Shown: positions 44,776-54,903, counted from the stretch's first letter. The stretch: 64,000 nucleotides of DNA from an uncultured Erysipelotrichaceae bacterium (GCA_902798595.1 CADBXE010000004.1:3659-67658); one strand, 5' to 3'. Made by a program: numbers and translations. Notes: generated by a model from the sequence alone, not told the origin.

Positions 44776-44895
44776 GATTAAAAACTCCCTTTTAATAATC
44801 TGAAATTTGCTTATATGATTTAGCATTTTCATTATAATGCAAACATTGCGAAAATCAAAAGGATTTTTATGCGAATATGCTAAAATTTGCTAGAT

Positions 44896-46218
44896 TTAGT
44901 CGCGAGATTGTTGGGCACGCTTTTTCAAAACGATACGGATTGGTGTGCCGTCAAAGTTGAATGTATCTCTTAATCTATTCTCTATATATCTTTGATATGA
45001 GAAGTGCATGAAGTTAGGATCGTTAACAAACAAAACAATTGTTGGAGGTGCCGCACTTACTTGAGAGGCGTATAAAATTTTAAGACGGCCACCATTAAAG
45101 TTAGGTGCTTGATTCATCACTTGAGCATCTTGCATAACTTCGTTTAAAAGGCTTGTCTTAATACGTGTATAGTATGCAGCGTGAACTGTATCTAATGTTT
45201 CAAATAAGGTATCTAATCTTTGCTTTTTAAGGGCAGAAACAAAGACAACTGGAGCGTAGTCTAAGAACTTGTATTCTTCACGAATAATCTTCACATAGTC
45301 GGACATGGTATTGGTTTGCTTATCAACAAGGTCCCATTTATTGACTACGATGATAATGGCTTTATGCAAGTCAGTTGCGTATTGGATGACATGTTTATCT
45401 TGCTCGGTAATACCTTCTTTTCCATCGAGGACAAGTAAAACAATTTCACTTCTTTCAATAGCTTTAAGCGCTCTGATAGCGGAATACTTATCAATGGATT
45501 CGTAAATCTTACCACGTTTCTTTAAACCAGCAGTATCGATAACTAAATAGTTTTTATCATTTCTTCTAAATGGCGTATCAATGGAATCTCTTGTGGTGCC
45601 AGAGATATTACTAACAATGACTCTATCTTGATTCAAGATAGCGTTTGTTAAAGATGATTTGCCAACATTTGGTCTACCAACCACGCAGAAGGTTACTTTA
45701 TCTTCTTCTAATTCTTCAGTATTTTCTGGTAAGTATTTAACGATTTCGTTAAGAATATCGCCAATACCAATACCATGCGCGCCAGAAACAACATGAGGCT
45801 CACCAAGACCTAAGCCATAGAATTCTTGAGCGTCCGCCATATGGGAACCTTCATCAATTTTATTAACAGCCAAAATAATTGGCTTATTTACTTTTCTAAG
45901 AATAGTTGTTACTACTCTATCATCAGTGGTAATTCCAAGCTTACCATCCACCACAAACACAATCACGTCTGCCTCGTTTATAGCGATTTCGGCTTGCATA
46001 CGGATTTGTTCTTGGAATGGTCTATTAACGATTTCAATACCACCCGTATCAATTAAAGAGAAGTGACGACCGAGCCATTCACATTGCCCGTAAAGTCTAT
46101 CACGTGTAATGCCCATTTCATCATCAACAATCGCATGACGTTCGCCAATCATACGGTTAAAAATCGTTGATTTACCAACGTTTGGGGATCCAACAATTGC
46201 TACAACACCTTGAGCCAT
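44896..46218 (-). CDS. der: Ribosome-biogenesis GTPase Der (EngA)
   Basis: Two G domains (GSPNVGKST and GRPNVGKSS) plus a KH-like C-terminus. Confidence 0.95.
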   Translation of the reverse strand: MAQGVVAIVGSPNVGKSTIFNRMIGERHAIVDDEMGITRDRLYGQCEWLGRHFSLIDTGGIEIVNRPFQEQIRMQAEIAINEADVIVFVVDGKLGITTDDRVVTTILRKVNKPIILAVNKIDEGSHMADAQEFYGLGLGEPHVVSGAHGIGIGDILNEIVKYLPENTEELEEDKVTFCVVGRPNVGKSSLTNAILNQDRVIVSNISGTTRDSIDTPFRRNDKNYLVIDTAGLKKRGKIYESIDKYSAIRALKAIERSEIVLLVLDGKEGITEQDKHVIQYATDLHKAIIIVVNKWDLVDKQTNTMSDYVKIIREEYKFLDYAPVVFVSALKKQRLDTLFETLDTVHAAYYTRIKTSLLNEVMQDAQVMNQAPNFNGGRLKILYASQVSAAPPTIVLFVNDPNFMHFSYQRYIENRLRDTFNFDGTPIRIVLKKRAQQSRD

Positions 46219-46886
46219 TACTTATTCTCCGCTAATTTCTTATCAATAATCTTATTAACTTCAGCAACGACTTCGTCGATAGTTAAATCAGATGTGTCTA
46301 AATGAATCGCATCAGGTGCTGGTTTTAAAGGAGCAAATGCACGATGGGAATCAATGTAATCTCTCTTTTGCACATCAGCGACAATATCTTCATAGGTACA
46401 CGCGATACCTTTTTCTTGATTTTCTTTGTAGCGGCGTTCCGCTCTCTTTTCAACAGAAGCCACTTGGAAAATCTTCACTTCAGCGTTTGGCAAAACATAT
46501 GTACCAATATCGCGTCCATCCATGATAACAGAATCTTTTTCCGCCATTTTTCTTTGGAGTTCCACTAAAGCTAAACGAATATCCTTGTAGGATGCAATAT
46601 ATGAAACATTACTAGAAACATCAGTACCTCTAATTGGTTTACTGACATCAATGCCATTGCATAAAACAACATAACCTGGTTTTAATTCAATATTCACTTC
46701 AGGAATTAAAGCAACACAAGCTTTTTCATCTTGGCAATCCACTCCTTTTTGCAAGCAGTACCAAGTAAAAGCACGATACATTGCACCTGTATCAATATAG
46801 GTAAAGCCTCTCATAAGCGCTACTTGTTTAGCGATGGTAGATTTTCCTGCAGCGGCAGGACCGTCAATAGCAACAGCGACTTTCAT
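46218..46886 (-). CDS. cmk: Cytidylate kinase
   Basis: IDGPAAAGKST motif. The start at 46886 has a GGAGGA RBS inside the end of the upstream ORF. Confidence 0.92.
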   Translation of the reverse strand: MKVAVAIDGPAAAGKSTIAKQVALMRGFTYIDTGAMYRAFTWYCLQKGVDCQDEKACVALIPEVNIELKPGYVVLCNGIDVSKPIRGTDVSSNVSYIASYKDIRLALVELQRKMAEKDSVIMDGRDIGTYVLPNAEVKIFQVASVEKRAERRYKENQEKGIACTYEDIVADVQKRDYIDSHRAFAPLKPAPDAIHLDTSDLTIDEVVAEVNKIIDKKLAENK

Positions 46887-46887
46887 C

Positions 46888-47190
46888 TTATTGTCCTCCA
46901 AAGGCATATATAGCAAAAATAATAATTCCCGCAATTAAAGCAAGACCCACTAGAGCGATTGCGGCAATGATGAAAAACTTCTTTGTGAAGATACGCTTTG
47001 GTTCTTCTTCTGGAGTTTCTTCAACTTTGCCTAACACTTCTTCTAACGGAAGAGTGGATGTCGTATTCATCTTATCAGAAACGATACTGTTATCGCGATA
47101 CTTAACAGATTCTGGTTCGTTATTAATCGACTTGAACTCGTTCAATGATTGACGATACTTTTTATATTTTTCTAATCTTGTTTCACTCAT
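46888..47190 (-). CDS. C-terminally membrane-anchored hypothetical protein
   Basis: 100 aa with a charged N-terminal part and a single C-terminal TM helix (FFIIAAIALVGLALIAGIIIFAIYAF). Confidence 0.55.
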   Translation of the reverse strand: MSETRLEKYKKYRQSLNEFKSINNEPESVKYRDNSIVSDKMNTTSTLPLEEVLGKVEETPEEEPKRIFTKKFFIIAAIALVGLALIAGIIIFAIYAFGGQ

Positions 47191-47208
47191 AATAAGTCCA
47201 ACATATTT

Positions 47209-47227
47209 ATTCTAATTTAATTAGAAT
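47209..47227. promoter_or_regulatory. 19-nt palindrome ATTCTAAT-tta-ATTAGAAT in a divergent intergenic region
   Basis: Perfect 8-bp arms, seen directly. Candidate operator. Confidence 0.3.
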
Positions 47228-47275
47228 GCTTTTTGAACAAAAAATAAGGTTTTTTATCAATTTATCCACGAGTTA

Positions 47276-47305
47276 TTGAAAATACCCCCTCTTTAAGACT
47301 ATAAT
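47276..47305 (+). promoter_or_regulatory. Near-consensus promoter of the ferredoxin gene
   Basis: TTGAAA (47276-81), an 18-nt spacer, then TATAAT (47300-05). The AAGGAGG RBS follows. Confidence 0.6.
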
Positions 47306-47335
47306 CATCTTATATAACCCAAGGAGGCATTACTC

Positions 47336-47515
47336 ATGGCTAAAAAAAGAGTAAAAATTGATGCAGCTTCATGCATTATGTGCGGCGCTTGTGTCGGCTC
47401 CTACCCAGATGATTTCAAATTCACTGATGAAGGTCCAGCCGCTCCAATTACAGGCGAAGCAGATGAAGATGCTGTTGGCGTATGCCCAGTTGGTGCAATC
47501 TCTGTCGAAGAGTAA
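47336..47515 (+). CDS. fdx: Small 4Fe-4S ferredoxin (59 aa, below the ORF-track cutoff)
   Basis: My own translation gives MAKKRVKIDAASCIMCGACVGSYPDDFKFTDEGPAAPITGEADEDAVGVCPVGAISVEE. It has the CxxCxxC...CP motif, a strong RBS, a promoter and a terminator. Confidence 0.85.
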   Translation: MAKKRVKIDAASCIMCGACVGSYPDDFKFTDEGPAAPITGEADEDAVGVCPVGAISVEE

Positions 47516-47523
47516 AATACAAC

Positions 47524-47556
47524 AAAAAACTAGGCCTTGATTGACCTAGTTTTTTT
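47524..47556. terminator. Bidirectional terminator between fdx and the ribU-like gene
   Basis: aaaaaaCTAGGccttgattgaCCTAGttttttt. Confidence 0.65.
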
Positions 47557-47563
47557 GTGCCTT

Positions 47564-48313
47564 TTATTCCTCTACAACGTTTTCTTCTTTTGAAGTTTCA
47601 TCTTCTTTTTTGGTGAAGATATTGCCAACGAACCACTTTTGGAAAAACGGAGATCTTCTCATGAAGACGAAGATTAATCTATTGAATAAAATTTCATAAA
47701 TTAAGCAACATGCGCCTGCTTTTAGCAAGTTAAATGGAGCGTAGATTGAACTGATTAAGCCAATATATGACCATCCATTAACATTTGGATCGCTCTTATG
47801 GGTGATGTATTCGGTAACATTTTGAATTACACCTTCATCAAAACATGTTGAGAAGTGAGCATTAGGACCAAACACCGTTAGATAGGATGGTGTAATAAAT
47901 ATCGCGTTCATAATAGTTAAAACACAGGTCACTATTGCCGCTATAACGGCATAGGCGATTAAACGGAAGCCCAAGCCTTTTTTAAAGAATTTCGCACGGC
48001 TAGTAATAAATAAGCCAAGAATGAACATGCATGAGGTGAAAAATGCTGTTAAGTCACCAATGCCTAAGCCCACTGGTCCATGGACCGCTAAATTTAAGAG
48101 GGTTTTTACAAGCGCAACCACCAATCCACCAGGAAGACCATATAGCGCATAGGCGATAATCGTCGTCAATTCGCTAAGTTCGATCTTGAGCCAAGGTGCC
48201 ATTGGATATGGAATTTGTAAAAACGCCATTAAGACAAACCCTAGTGCTGAAAGCATAGCTAGAGTTGTAATTCTGGTGATGATTTCACCAGCGTTTCTAA
48301 AACTTCTTTTCAT
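47564..48313 (-). CDS. ribU: ECF-transporter S component, riboflavin (RibU-like)
   Basis: Polytopic S-component-like protein directly downstream of an FMN riboswitch. I place the start at ATG 48313 (MKRSFRN) because the ATG at 48361 lies inside the aptamer. Confidence 0.75.
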   Translation of the reverse strand: MKRSFRNAGEIITRITTLAMLSALGFVLMAFLQIPYPMAPWLKIELSELTTIIAYALYGLPGGLVVALVKTLLNLAVHGPVGLGIGDLTAFFTSCMFILGLFITSRAKFFKKGLGFRLIAYAVIAAIVTCVLTIMNAIFITPSYLTVFGPNAHFSTCFDEGVIQNVTEYITHKSDPNVNGWSYIGLISSIYAPFNLLKAGACCLIYEILFNRLIFVFMRRSPFFQKWFVGNIFTKKEDETSKEENVVEE

Positions 48314-48460
48314 AAAAAATAGACCTTTCTCAAGGCCCTTCAAAAAACGTACTTCTTTCATCCAGACTTTACTGTCGCCACTTGAATTTCACAAGTTCAT
48401 GCCTTATCTAGGCTCGCGGGGTATACCGCCGGTCGCTTTTCGCTGCCCTGAAGTAACTAC
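48314..48460 (-). promoter_or_regulatory. FMN riboswitch (RFN element) with a terminator/SD-sequestering hairpin
   Basis: The minus strand reads CTTCAGGGCAGCGAAAAGCGACCGGCGGTATACCCCGCGAGCC...GGCGACAGTAAAGTCTGGATGAAAGAAG, which matches the conserved RFN core. It is followed by GGCCTTgagaAAGGTC and TATTTTTT. A TATAAT box sits at 48467-48462. Confidence 0.9.
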
Positions 48461-48491
48461 TATTATATACCTTTATTTTATAAATAAAAGA

Positions 48492-49193
48492 TTAGAGTGC
48501 TTTATTTTTAATTTCCCCATAAGCACGAGGATATTTATTTGGAGTTTCCCCTACCTTTTTAATATAAATAAAGGATCTATTTTCTTTAGATTCTGGAAGT
48601 TGATCTTCGTAAATATAATCAACCTCGCCTTTTAATTTCTTCAAAGCGCCTTGAGCTTCTTTGATTTCATCTTCAAAGCCTGGTCCTTTCATGGCGATAA
48701 ATACACCACCAACTTTAAGCATTGGTAATGCTAATTCGATAAGGATTCTCAACGAGGCCACCGCTCTGGCGGTTACCACCATAAATCTATCTCTATTTTC
48801 TCTTGCGAAATCTTCTGCTCTGGCAGTAATTCCATGCACGTCTAAGCTCTTTTCCTTAGCGTAGTCCTCAATGAACTTTACTTTTTTTGCTGTTGAATCT
48901 AAAGCATAAACATGAACTTTTGGTGAAAGAATAGAAACTACTACGCTTGGGAAACCAGCACCAGCGCCGATATCTAAAATATCAATGCCTTCAAAGTTTT
49001 GGTTGTTTAAAAGAAGCGCACTATCAAAAATCATTTTTTCCACGAATGATTCTTCATCTTTAATCGCGGTGAGATTAAAACTTTCATTTGTTTTTAAAAC
49101 ATGATGCATAAAATCCCAGAGAAGATCTAGCTGTTTCTCATCTGTGGCTATGCCACGTTTATTAAGTTCTAAAACAAATGATTCTTTATTCAT
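48492..49193 (-). CDS. rsmG: 16S rRNA (guanine527-N7)-methyltransferase
   Basis: DIGAGAGFPS SAM motif. mnmG-rsmG synteny. Confidence 0.92.
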   Translation of the reverse strand: MNKESFVLELNKRGIATDEKQLDLLWDFMHHVLKTNESFNLTAIKDEESFVEKMIFDSALLLNNQNFEGIDILDIGAGAGFPSVVVSILSPKVHVYALDSTAKKVKFIEDYAKEKSLDVHGITARAEDFARENRDRFMVVTARAVASLRILIELALPMLKVGGVFIAMKGPGFEDEIKEAQGALKKLKGEVDYIYEDQLPESKENRSFIYIKKVGETPNKYPRAYGEIKNKAL

Positions 49194-51060
49194 TGTGAGT
49201 TTTCCTTACATTAAATATTAAAACACTAATGTCGCTTGGATTAACACCAGAGATACGGGATGCTTGGCCAATAGTCATTGGTCTAATCTTGTCTAATTTT
49301 TGTCTGGCTTCTAAGGCTAACCCATCCATATTTAAGAAATCCATATCATTTGGAATTTTCATTTCCTCTAATTTAGCCATATTTTTAGCTTCTCTAATTT
49401 GTTTAACGATATAGCCTTCATATTTAGCAATGATTTCCACTTCTTCAATAGCGAATTCATCTAATTCAATATTTTGGATTTCAGGAACAAACTTTCTTAA
49501 ATCAACGTAAGAAACTTCTGGTCTTTTTAAGAGTTCAAAAGCTTGGATGCCACCTTGAAGTGGATTGGAATTAATACTACTTAACCATTCGTTGACGTCT
49601 TTTCTTGCACCTAAATAAATGGCTTTCAAGTTCTCAATAACTTTATCGATATTGTTAACTTTGTTAACGAATCTAGCGTATCTATCTTCTTTGATTAAAC
49701 CAATTTGATGGCCTAGTTCAGTTAATCTCATATCAGCGTTATCATGTCTTAAAATTAAACGGAATTCCGCTCTTGATGACATTAAACGATATGGTTCTTC
49801 AGTACCTTTGGTAACTAAATCATCAATCATAACGCCAATATAAGCTTGGTCTCTTCTTAAAACGAATGGTTCTTTGCCATCGATCTTCAACGAGGCATTG
49901 ATGCCGGCAATTAATCCTAAAGCAGCAGCTTCTTCGTAGCCGGAAGTACCACAAATTTGACCGCCAATGAATAAACCTGGCCATTTCTTAATTTCTAAAT
50001 TAGAACCATATTCTTCAGTTCTAATTGCATCGTACTCGATTGCGTATGCATATTTAAGGAAAACAGCGTTTTCAAAGCCTGGTAAGGAACGTACCATTTC
50101 TTCTTGAACTTCTACTGGCATAGAAGTGGAGAAACCTTGTAAATAAATAGAATCTGTATAACGGGATTCTGGTTCTAAGAATAATTGGTGTCTTTCTTTA
50201 TCAGCGAAAGTAACAATTTTAGATTCAATGGATGGGCAATATCTTGGGCCAACACCAGTTACTAAACCGCTAAATAAAGCGGAGTCTTTTAAGTGCTCTC
50301 TAATGATTTCATGTGTTCTTGGTGTAGTGTAAACCAAGTAGCATGGTTCTTGTTCTTCAATTGGAATAAATTCCTTTGTTTCATAAGAGAACGCTAAATG
50401 TCTATTGGTGCCAGGTTGGATACTAGCTTTGCTAAAATCAATAGAATCTCTTTTAATTCTTGGAGGAGTACCGGTTTTTAGTCTAAATGTTTCAATACCA
50501 ATACTTCTTAAAAATGGTGATAAACCTAGTGATGGTTTCTGACCATCTGGGCCCTCATCTTTCACATCATGACCGCGGAAGATTTGACTTTGCATATATG
50601 TGCCAGTTGTTAAAATAACGGCTTTTGAACGGATATGTGTATTGTTTTCAAGCACAACACCGTGTATTTGATGTTCTTCACATATTAAAGAAACAACCAT
50701 TCCCTCTTGAATAGTTAGATTTTCTTCTTTAGCGGCTAATTCGTGCCAATATTTTGGATATTCCAATTTATCTTGTTGCGCTCTTAAGCATTGGACACCT
50801 GGGCCTTTACCAGTATTGAGCATCTTCATTTGTAAATAATGATGATCAGCGGCAATGCCCATCATGCCACCTAAGGCATCGATTTCTCTCACCACAATAC
50901 CTTTAGCGGAGCCACCAATAGATGGATTGCATGGCATGTTGCCCATGAGGTTAAGATTTAATGTTAAAAGTAATGTCTTTTTGCTCATGTGGGCACAAGC
51001 AAAAGCGGCTTCTAAGCCCGCATGTCCCGCACCAACAACAATTACATCATAATCAAACAT
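49186..51060 (-). CDS. mnmG: tRNA uridine 5-carboxymethylaminomethyl modification enzyme
   Basis: VVGAGHAGLEAA FAD motif. 624 aa, GidA family. Confidence 0.96.
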   Translation of the reverse strand: MFDYDVIVVGAGHAGLEAAFACAHMSKKTLLLTLNLNLMGNMPCNPSIGGSAKGIVVREIDALGGMMGIAADHHYLQMKMLNTGKGPGVQCLRAQQDKLEYPKYWHELAAKEENLTIQEGMVVSLICEEHQIHGVVLENNTHIRSKAVILTTGTYMQSQIFRGHDVKDEGPDGQKPSLGLSPFLRSIGIETFRLKTGTPPRIKRDSIDFSKASIQPGTNRHLAFSYETKEFIPIEEQEPCYLVYTTPRTHEIIREHLKDSALFSGLVTGVGPRYCPSIESKIVTFADKERHQLFLEPESRYTDSIYLQGFSTSMPVEVQEEMVRSLPGFENAVFLKYAYAIEYDAIRTEEYGSNLEIKKWPGLFIGGQICGTSGYEEAAALGLIAGINASLKIDGKEPFVLRRDQAYIGVMIDDLVTKGTEEPYRLMSSRAEFRLILRHDNADMRLTELGHQIGLIKEDRYARFVNKVNNIDKVIENLKAIYLGARKDVNEWLSSINSNPLQGGIQAFELLKRPEVSYVDLRKFVPEIQNIELDEFAIEEVEIIAKYEGYIVKQIREAKNMAKLEEMKIPNDMDFLNMDGLALEARQKLDKIRPMTIGQASRISGVNPSDISVLIFNVRKTHNE

Positions 51061-52460
51061 TAACCAACACTACCTTCCATATCCATTTTAATAAGTTGAT
51101 TTAATTCAACAGCGTACTCCATTGGGAGCTCTTTACTGAATGGCTCAATGAATCCCATGATAATCATTTGAGTCGCATCTTTTTCAGAAATACCACGTGA
51201 CATCAAATAGAATAATTGATCCTCTGATATTTTACTCACTGTGGCTTCATGTTCAATATAGGAAGTGTTATTTTTAACTTCGTTATTTGGAATGGTATCA
51301 CTATAAGACTCTTCATCTAAGATTAAAGTATCACATTCCACGTGGCTTCTGCAGTTTTGTGCATTCTTCATGTGTCTCACAGTGCCACGATAGTTAGCGA
51401 CACCACCACCCTTGACAATTGATTTAGAAATAATCGTGGATGATGTATTGCTTGCTAAATGAATCATTCTAGAGCCAGCATCTTGATATTGACCTTTACC
51501 AGCAACGGCGATTGAGATACATGTACCTTTAGCGCCTTCGCCTGCTAAAATGACTGCTGGATATTTCATATTGGTGCCTGAACCAACGTTACCATCAATC
51601 CAGTCCATAGATGCACCTTCATAGCAAATTGCTCTTTGTGTGACTAGATTAACGATATTTGTGCTCCAGTTTTGCACTGTAGAATAACGGCATTTGCCGT
51701 TCTTTAAAACAATAATTTCTACAACACCGGAGTGTAATGATTCTTTTAAATATGTTGGAGCAGTACAGCCTTCCACATAGTGGACATCTGCGCCTTCATC
51801 AACGATGATTAATGTTCTTTCAAATTGGCCAGATTTTTCATTATTAATTCTGAAATATGATTGTAATGGTTTTTCTAAGTGCACGCCTTTTGGCACGTAT
51901 ACGAAAGAACCGCCTGACCAAACCGCACCATTTAATGCGGAGAATTTGTTATCTCTAATTGGCACAACTGTACCAAAGTATTTCTTAAAGATTTCTGGAT
52001 AGAGTTTTAAACCCATATCTGTGGAAAGGAAGATAACACCTTTTTCTTCCACTTCTTTAAGCATGTTGTGATAAACAACCTCAGATTCATATTGAGTGGA
52101 TACACCAGCGAGATACTTTTGTTCTGCTTCTGGAATACCTAATTTTTGGAAAGTGTTTTTGACGGTTTCAGGAACATCATCCCATGATTTTGCTTCTCCG
52201 TTTGCCATACGAGTGAAGTATGTGTATGAATCAAAATCCAGCATTGATAAATCTGGACCAAAACTTGGCATAGGCATTTCTTTGAATGCCCTAAAAGCCT
52301 TGAGACGGAACTCAAGCATCCATTCTGGTTCGTCTTTTAACTTGGAGATTTGTCTAACAATATCTTCAGTTAGGCCAAGACCTGTCTTAATAATAGATGT
52401 GTCTTTGTCTTTAAAACCGTATTTGTAATCTTCTTGAAATTTAACTTCGTCTTTTGACAT
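51060..52460 (-). CDS. sufB: Fe-S cluster assembly scaffold SufB
   Basis: 466 aa with the SufB beta-helix region and conserved C-terminal motifs. Confidence 0.95.
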   Translation of the reverse strand: MSKDEVKFQEDYKYGFKDKDTSIIKTGLGLTEDIVRQISKLKDEPEWMLEFRLKAFRAFKEMPMPSFGPDLSMLDFDSYTYFTRMANGEAKSWDDVPETVKNTFQKLGIPEAEQKYLAGVSTQYESEVVYHNMLKEVEEKGVIFLSTDMGLKLYPEIFKKYFGTVVPIRDNKFSALNGAVWSGGSFVYVPKGVHLEKPLQSYFRINNEKSGQFERTLIIVDEGADVHYVEGCTAPTYLKESLHSGVVEIIVLKNGKCRYSTVQNWSTNIVNLVTQRAICYEGASMDWIDGNVGSGTNMKYPAVILAGEGAKGTCISIAVAGKGQYQDAGSRMIHLASNTSSTIISKSIVKGGGVANYRGTVRHMKNAQNCRSHVECDTLILDEESYSDTIPNNEVKNNTSYIEHEATVSKISEDQLFYLMSRGISEKDATQMIIMGFIEPFSKELPMEYAVELNQLIKMDMEGSVG

Positions 52461-52461
52461 A

Positions 52462-52890
52462 TTACTTATCCTTTAGAATCTCTTCTGCGGCATTCCAACC
52501 TATGGTTGCGCATCTGATTCGTGCTGCTTGTTTGCTAGTGTTAATAAACACGATAGCTTCATCTAATAAATCTGCATCGAATTCTTCTTCGTGCATCATA
52601 TGGTGGAAGGCATCAATAATTTTTCTGCCCTCATCAATTTCTTTGCCTCTTAATAAATCACACATGATGTCTGTACTTGAGGTGGAGATTGTACAAGCTG
52701 TACCATCAAAGCAAGCATCCGTAATGATATTACCTTCAACAAGAAGGAAAATGTCTAAATCATCAATGCAGTTATCAGAGTGCATATGAACTTTTTCATA
52801 ACCATCACGTGGAGGTTGATGTTTATTTTGTGGATCAGAATAATGGTCCATAATGATGGATCGCATCATATCATTAGTTAAAGTAGGCAT
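52462..52890 (-). CDS. sufU: Fe-S assembly sulfur-transfer protein SufU (IscU-like)
   Basis: NP.CGD-type region (DNCID), [10 protein letters not shown], and C-terminal RIRCATIGW. Confidence 0.88.
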   Translation of the reverse strand: MPTLTNDMMRSIIMDHYSDPQNKHQPPRDGYEKVHMHSDNCIDDLDIFLLVEGNIITDACFDGTACTISTSSTDIMCDLLRGKEIDEGRKIIDAFHHMMHEEEFDADLLDEAIVFINTSKQAARIRCATIGWNAAEEILKDK

Positions 52891-54103
52891 CTAAAATGTC
52901 ACCTCCGTTAATAATTGCATCGACGAATACATCGATTTCTTCTTTTGTTGTGTATAAGTAAGTCGACATTCTACATGTCGCTTTTGTTTCTAAATAGTTA
53001 TCCAATAACTTAGCGCAGTGTTCGCCTGAGCGAATCGCAATACCTTTATAGTTAAGTAATGTGGATTCATCTTGTGGGAAAACGCCTTTGATGTTGAATG
53101 TTAAGATACCGTTTCTGGCATCTTTGTTGTAGATGATGATATTGTCATAATCTTTGAGTTTTTCGATAGCATAGTCTATTAATTCTTGGTCATGAGTGTG
53201 AATGTTTTCGATACCAATTTCTTTAATAAACTTAACTGCGCGACCGAATCCTAAGATACCAGCGATGTTAAGTGTACCCGCTTCAAATTTATAAGGTGGC
53301 AAACGATAATCCACTGTACCGTCTTTCTTAAAAACAGAGTTCATACCTCCACCTGTAGTGAACGGATCCATATCACATAACAATTGATATTTGCCCACCA
53401 AAGCGCCTATTCCAGTTGGTCCACACATTTTGTGGGCGGAGAATGCTAAGAAATCGATATCTAAATCTTTGAAATCCACTGTTAAGTGTGGGACAGATTG
53501 TGCACCATCCACGACCATGATTGCGCCATATTCATGAGCAATCTTAGCAAATTCTTTAACATCAGCAATATAACCTAAGACATTACCAACTTGAGCCAAG
53601 GAAACAATCTTAGTTTTGTCGGTAATAACTTTCCTTAGGCTTTCTGGTAAAAGCTTACCATTAACAATATCCACGTATTTAATAATAGCGCCTGTAAGTT
53701 CTGCAATTCTAAACCATGGAAGAACATTACTAGCGTGTTCTGCTACGCTAATAATTATCTCATCACCTTTTTTAAGGAACTTTAACGCATAGCCGTAGGC
53801 TACCAAGTTCAAAGCACCCGTCGCACCATCTGTGAACACGACTTCGTTTTCATTGGCATTCACTAAGGTTGCAATTTCTTTTCTTGCCTCTTCAATCATG
53901 ACATCGACCTTATAAGATAAGTCATAATCCCCACGATGAGAATTACTATTATATTTCGTATAATATTCATTCATTGCGTCAATAACACATTGTGGTTTGA
54001 ATGTTGTGGAACAGTTATCAAGAAAAACAAGAGGCTTGTTCTGCATCTTAATAGCGTTAGTCAACATTGGGAATTGTTCCCTAATCTTATACACGTCGTA
54101 CAT
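52874..54103 (-). CDS. sufS: Cysteine desulfurase SufS
   Basis: PLP Lys motif SAHKMCGPTGIG and catalytic RSGEHCA. The start at 54103 has an AAGGAGA RBS. Confidence 0.93.
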   Translation of the reverse strand: MYDVYKIREQFPMLTNAIKMQNKPLVFLDNCSTTFKPQCVIDAMNEYYTKYNSNSHRGDYDLSYKVDVMIEEARKEIATLVNANENEVVFTDGATGALNLVAYGYALKFLKKGDEIIISVAEHASNVLPWFRIAELTGAIIKYVDIVNGKLLPESLRKVITDKTKIVSLAQVGNVLGYIADVKEFAKIAHEYGAIMVVDGAQSVPHLTVDFKDLDIDFLAFSAHKMCGPTGIGALVGKYQLLCDMDPFTTGGGMNSVFKKDGTVDYRLPPYKFEAGTLNIAGILGFGRAVKFIKEIGIENIHTHDQELIDYAIEKLKDYDNIIIYNKDARNGILTFNIKGVFPQDESTLLNYKGIAIRSGEHCAKLLDNYLETKATCRMSTYLYTTKEEIDVFVDAIINGGDILDAYFN

Positions 54104-54104
54104 C

Positions 54105-54902
54105 TTACATTCTCCTTTCAATTAAAGAAGAAATATGATTCTTGACGTCTTCTTCTTTGAAGCCATCAAGGATTGGTCTTAAATAACCCCATGTAATAAG
54201 TTCTTTAGCAACTTCTTCACTTAAGCCACGGGAAGTTAAATAGAATAAGTGTTCATCATTAATCTTACCAACAACAGAACCATGGCTAGCTTCTAAGTCG
54301 TTTTCATCAATTTTTAAAATAGGTTTAGTGGAGGCATCACTGCTTTCATCAAAGACCATAATTTTGGAATTTTGTTGCGCTTTGCTTTTCACCGCACCTT
54401 TGAAAACATGAGAAGTTCCAGCGACAACAATTTTGCCTTTATCTTTACAAATTCCATAGCAATCAAATTTACCATACGTTCTTGGAGAAATATGGTCGAT
54501 GGAAATATCCACTAATTTGCGGTCTTCACCAGCAACTAAGGAAGCCACTCTATATGTGCATGAAGCACCTGGCTCCGCTAGATTGACCTTGCAATGAAGA
54601 TTGAGTGTTTTTTCAGCGAAATCAGCGAAATATCCACTAAGTGTTGCGTTTTCCTTAACTGTGATGTTGATATTGGAATCATTCATTTCATCTTCACTAA
54701 TAAAAGACAATACAACATTACTATCTCTATTAATGACGATATTTAATTCCTTAACATCAATAATATTTTTTAAAAGAATATCGCAATTTGAGTTAACCTC
54801 TATTTCGATTTCAATCTTTCCGCTTGCCAAAAGCAAACCATCGATGACATAATCACCGTTACTAATAGTATTTTGGATGTTGGAAATAATCGCTCTTCCC
54901 AT
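54105..54902 (-). CDS. sufD: SufD-like Fe-S assembly protein (short, 265 aa)
   Basis: C-terminal SufBD beta-helix and FYL.SRG motif (LFYLTSRGLSEE). Sits between sufC and sufS. Confidence 0.8.
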   Translation of the reverse strand: MGRAIISNIQNTISNGDYVIDGLLLASGKIEIEIEVNSNCDILLKNIIDVKELNIVINRDSNVVLSFISEDEMNDSNINITVKENATLSGYFADFAEKTLNLHCKVNLAEPGASCTYRVASLVAGEDRKLVDISIDHISPRTYGKFDCYGICKDKGKIVVAGTSHVFKGAVKSKAQQNSKIMVFDESSDASTKPILKIDENDLEASHGSVVGKINDEHLFYLTSRGLSEEVAKELITWGYLRPILDGFKEEDVKNHISSLIERRM

Positions 54903-54903
54903 A

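Noticed and set aside
47358-47540. 60-aa track ORF (MMQLHALCAALVS...).
   Set aside because: It is out of frame with the 59-aa ferredoxin gene (47336-47515), which has the RBS, the promoter and the Cys motif.
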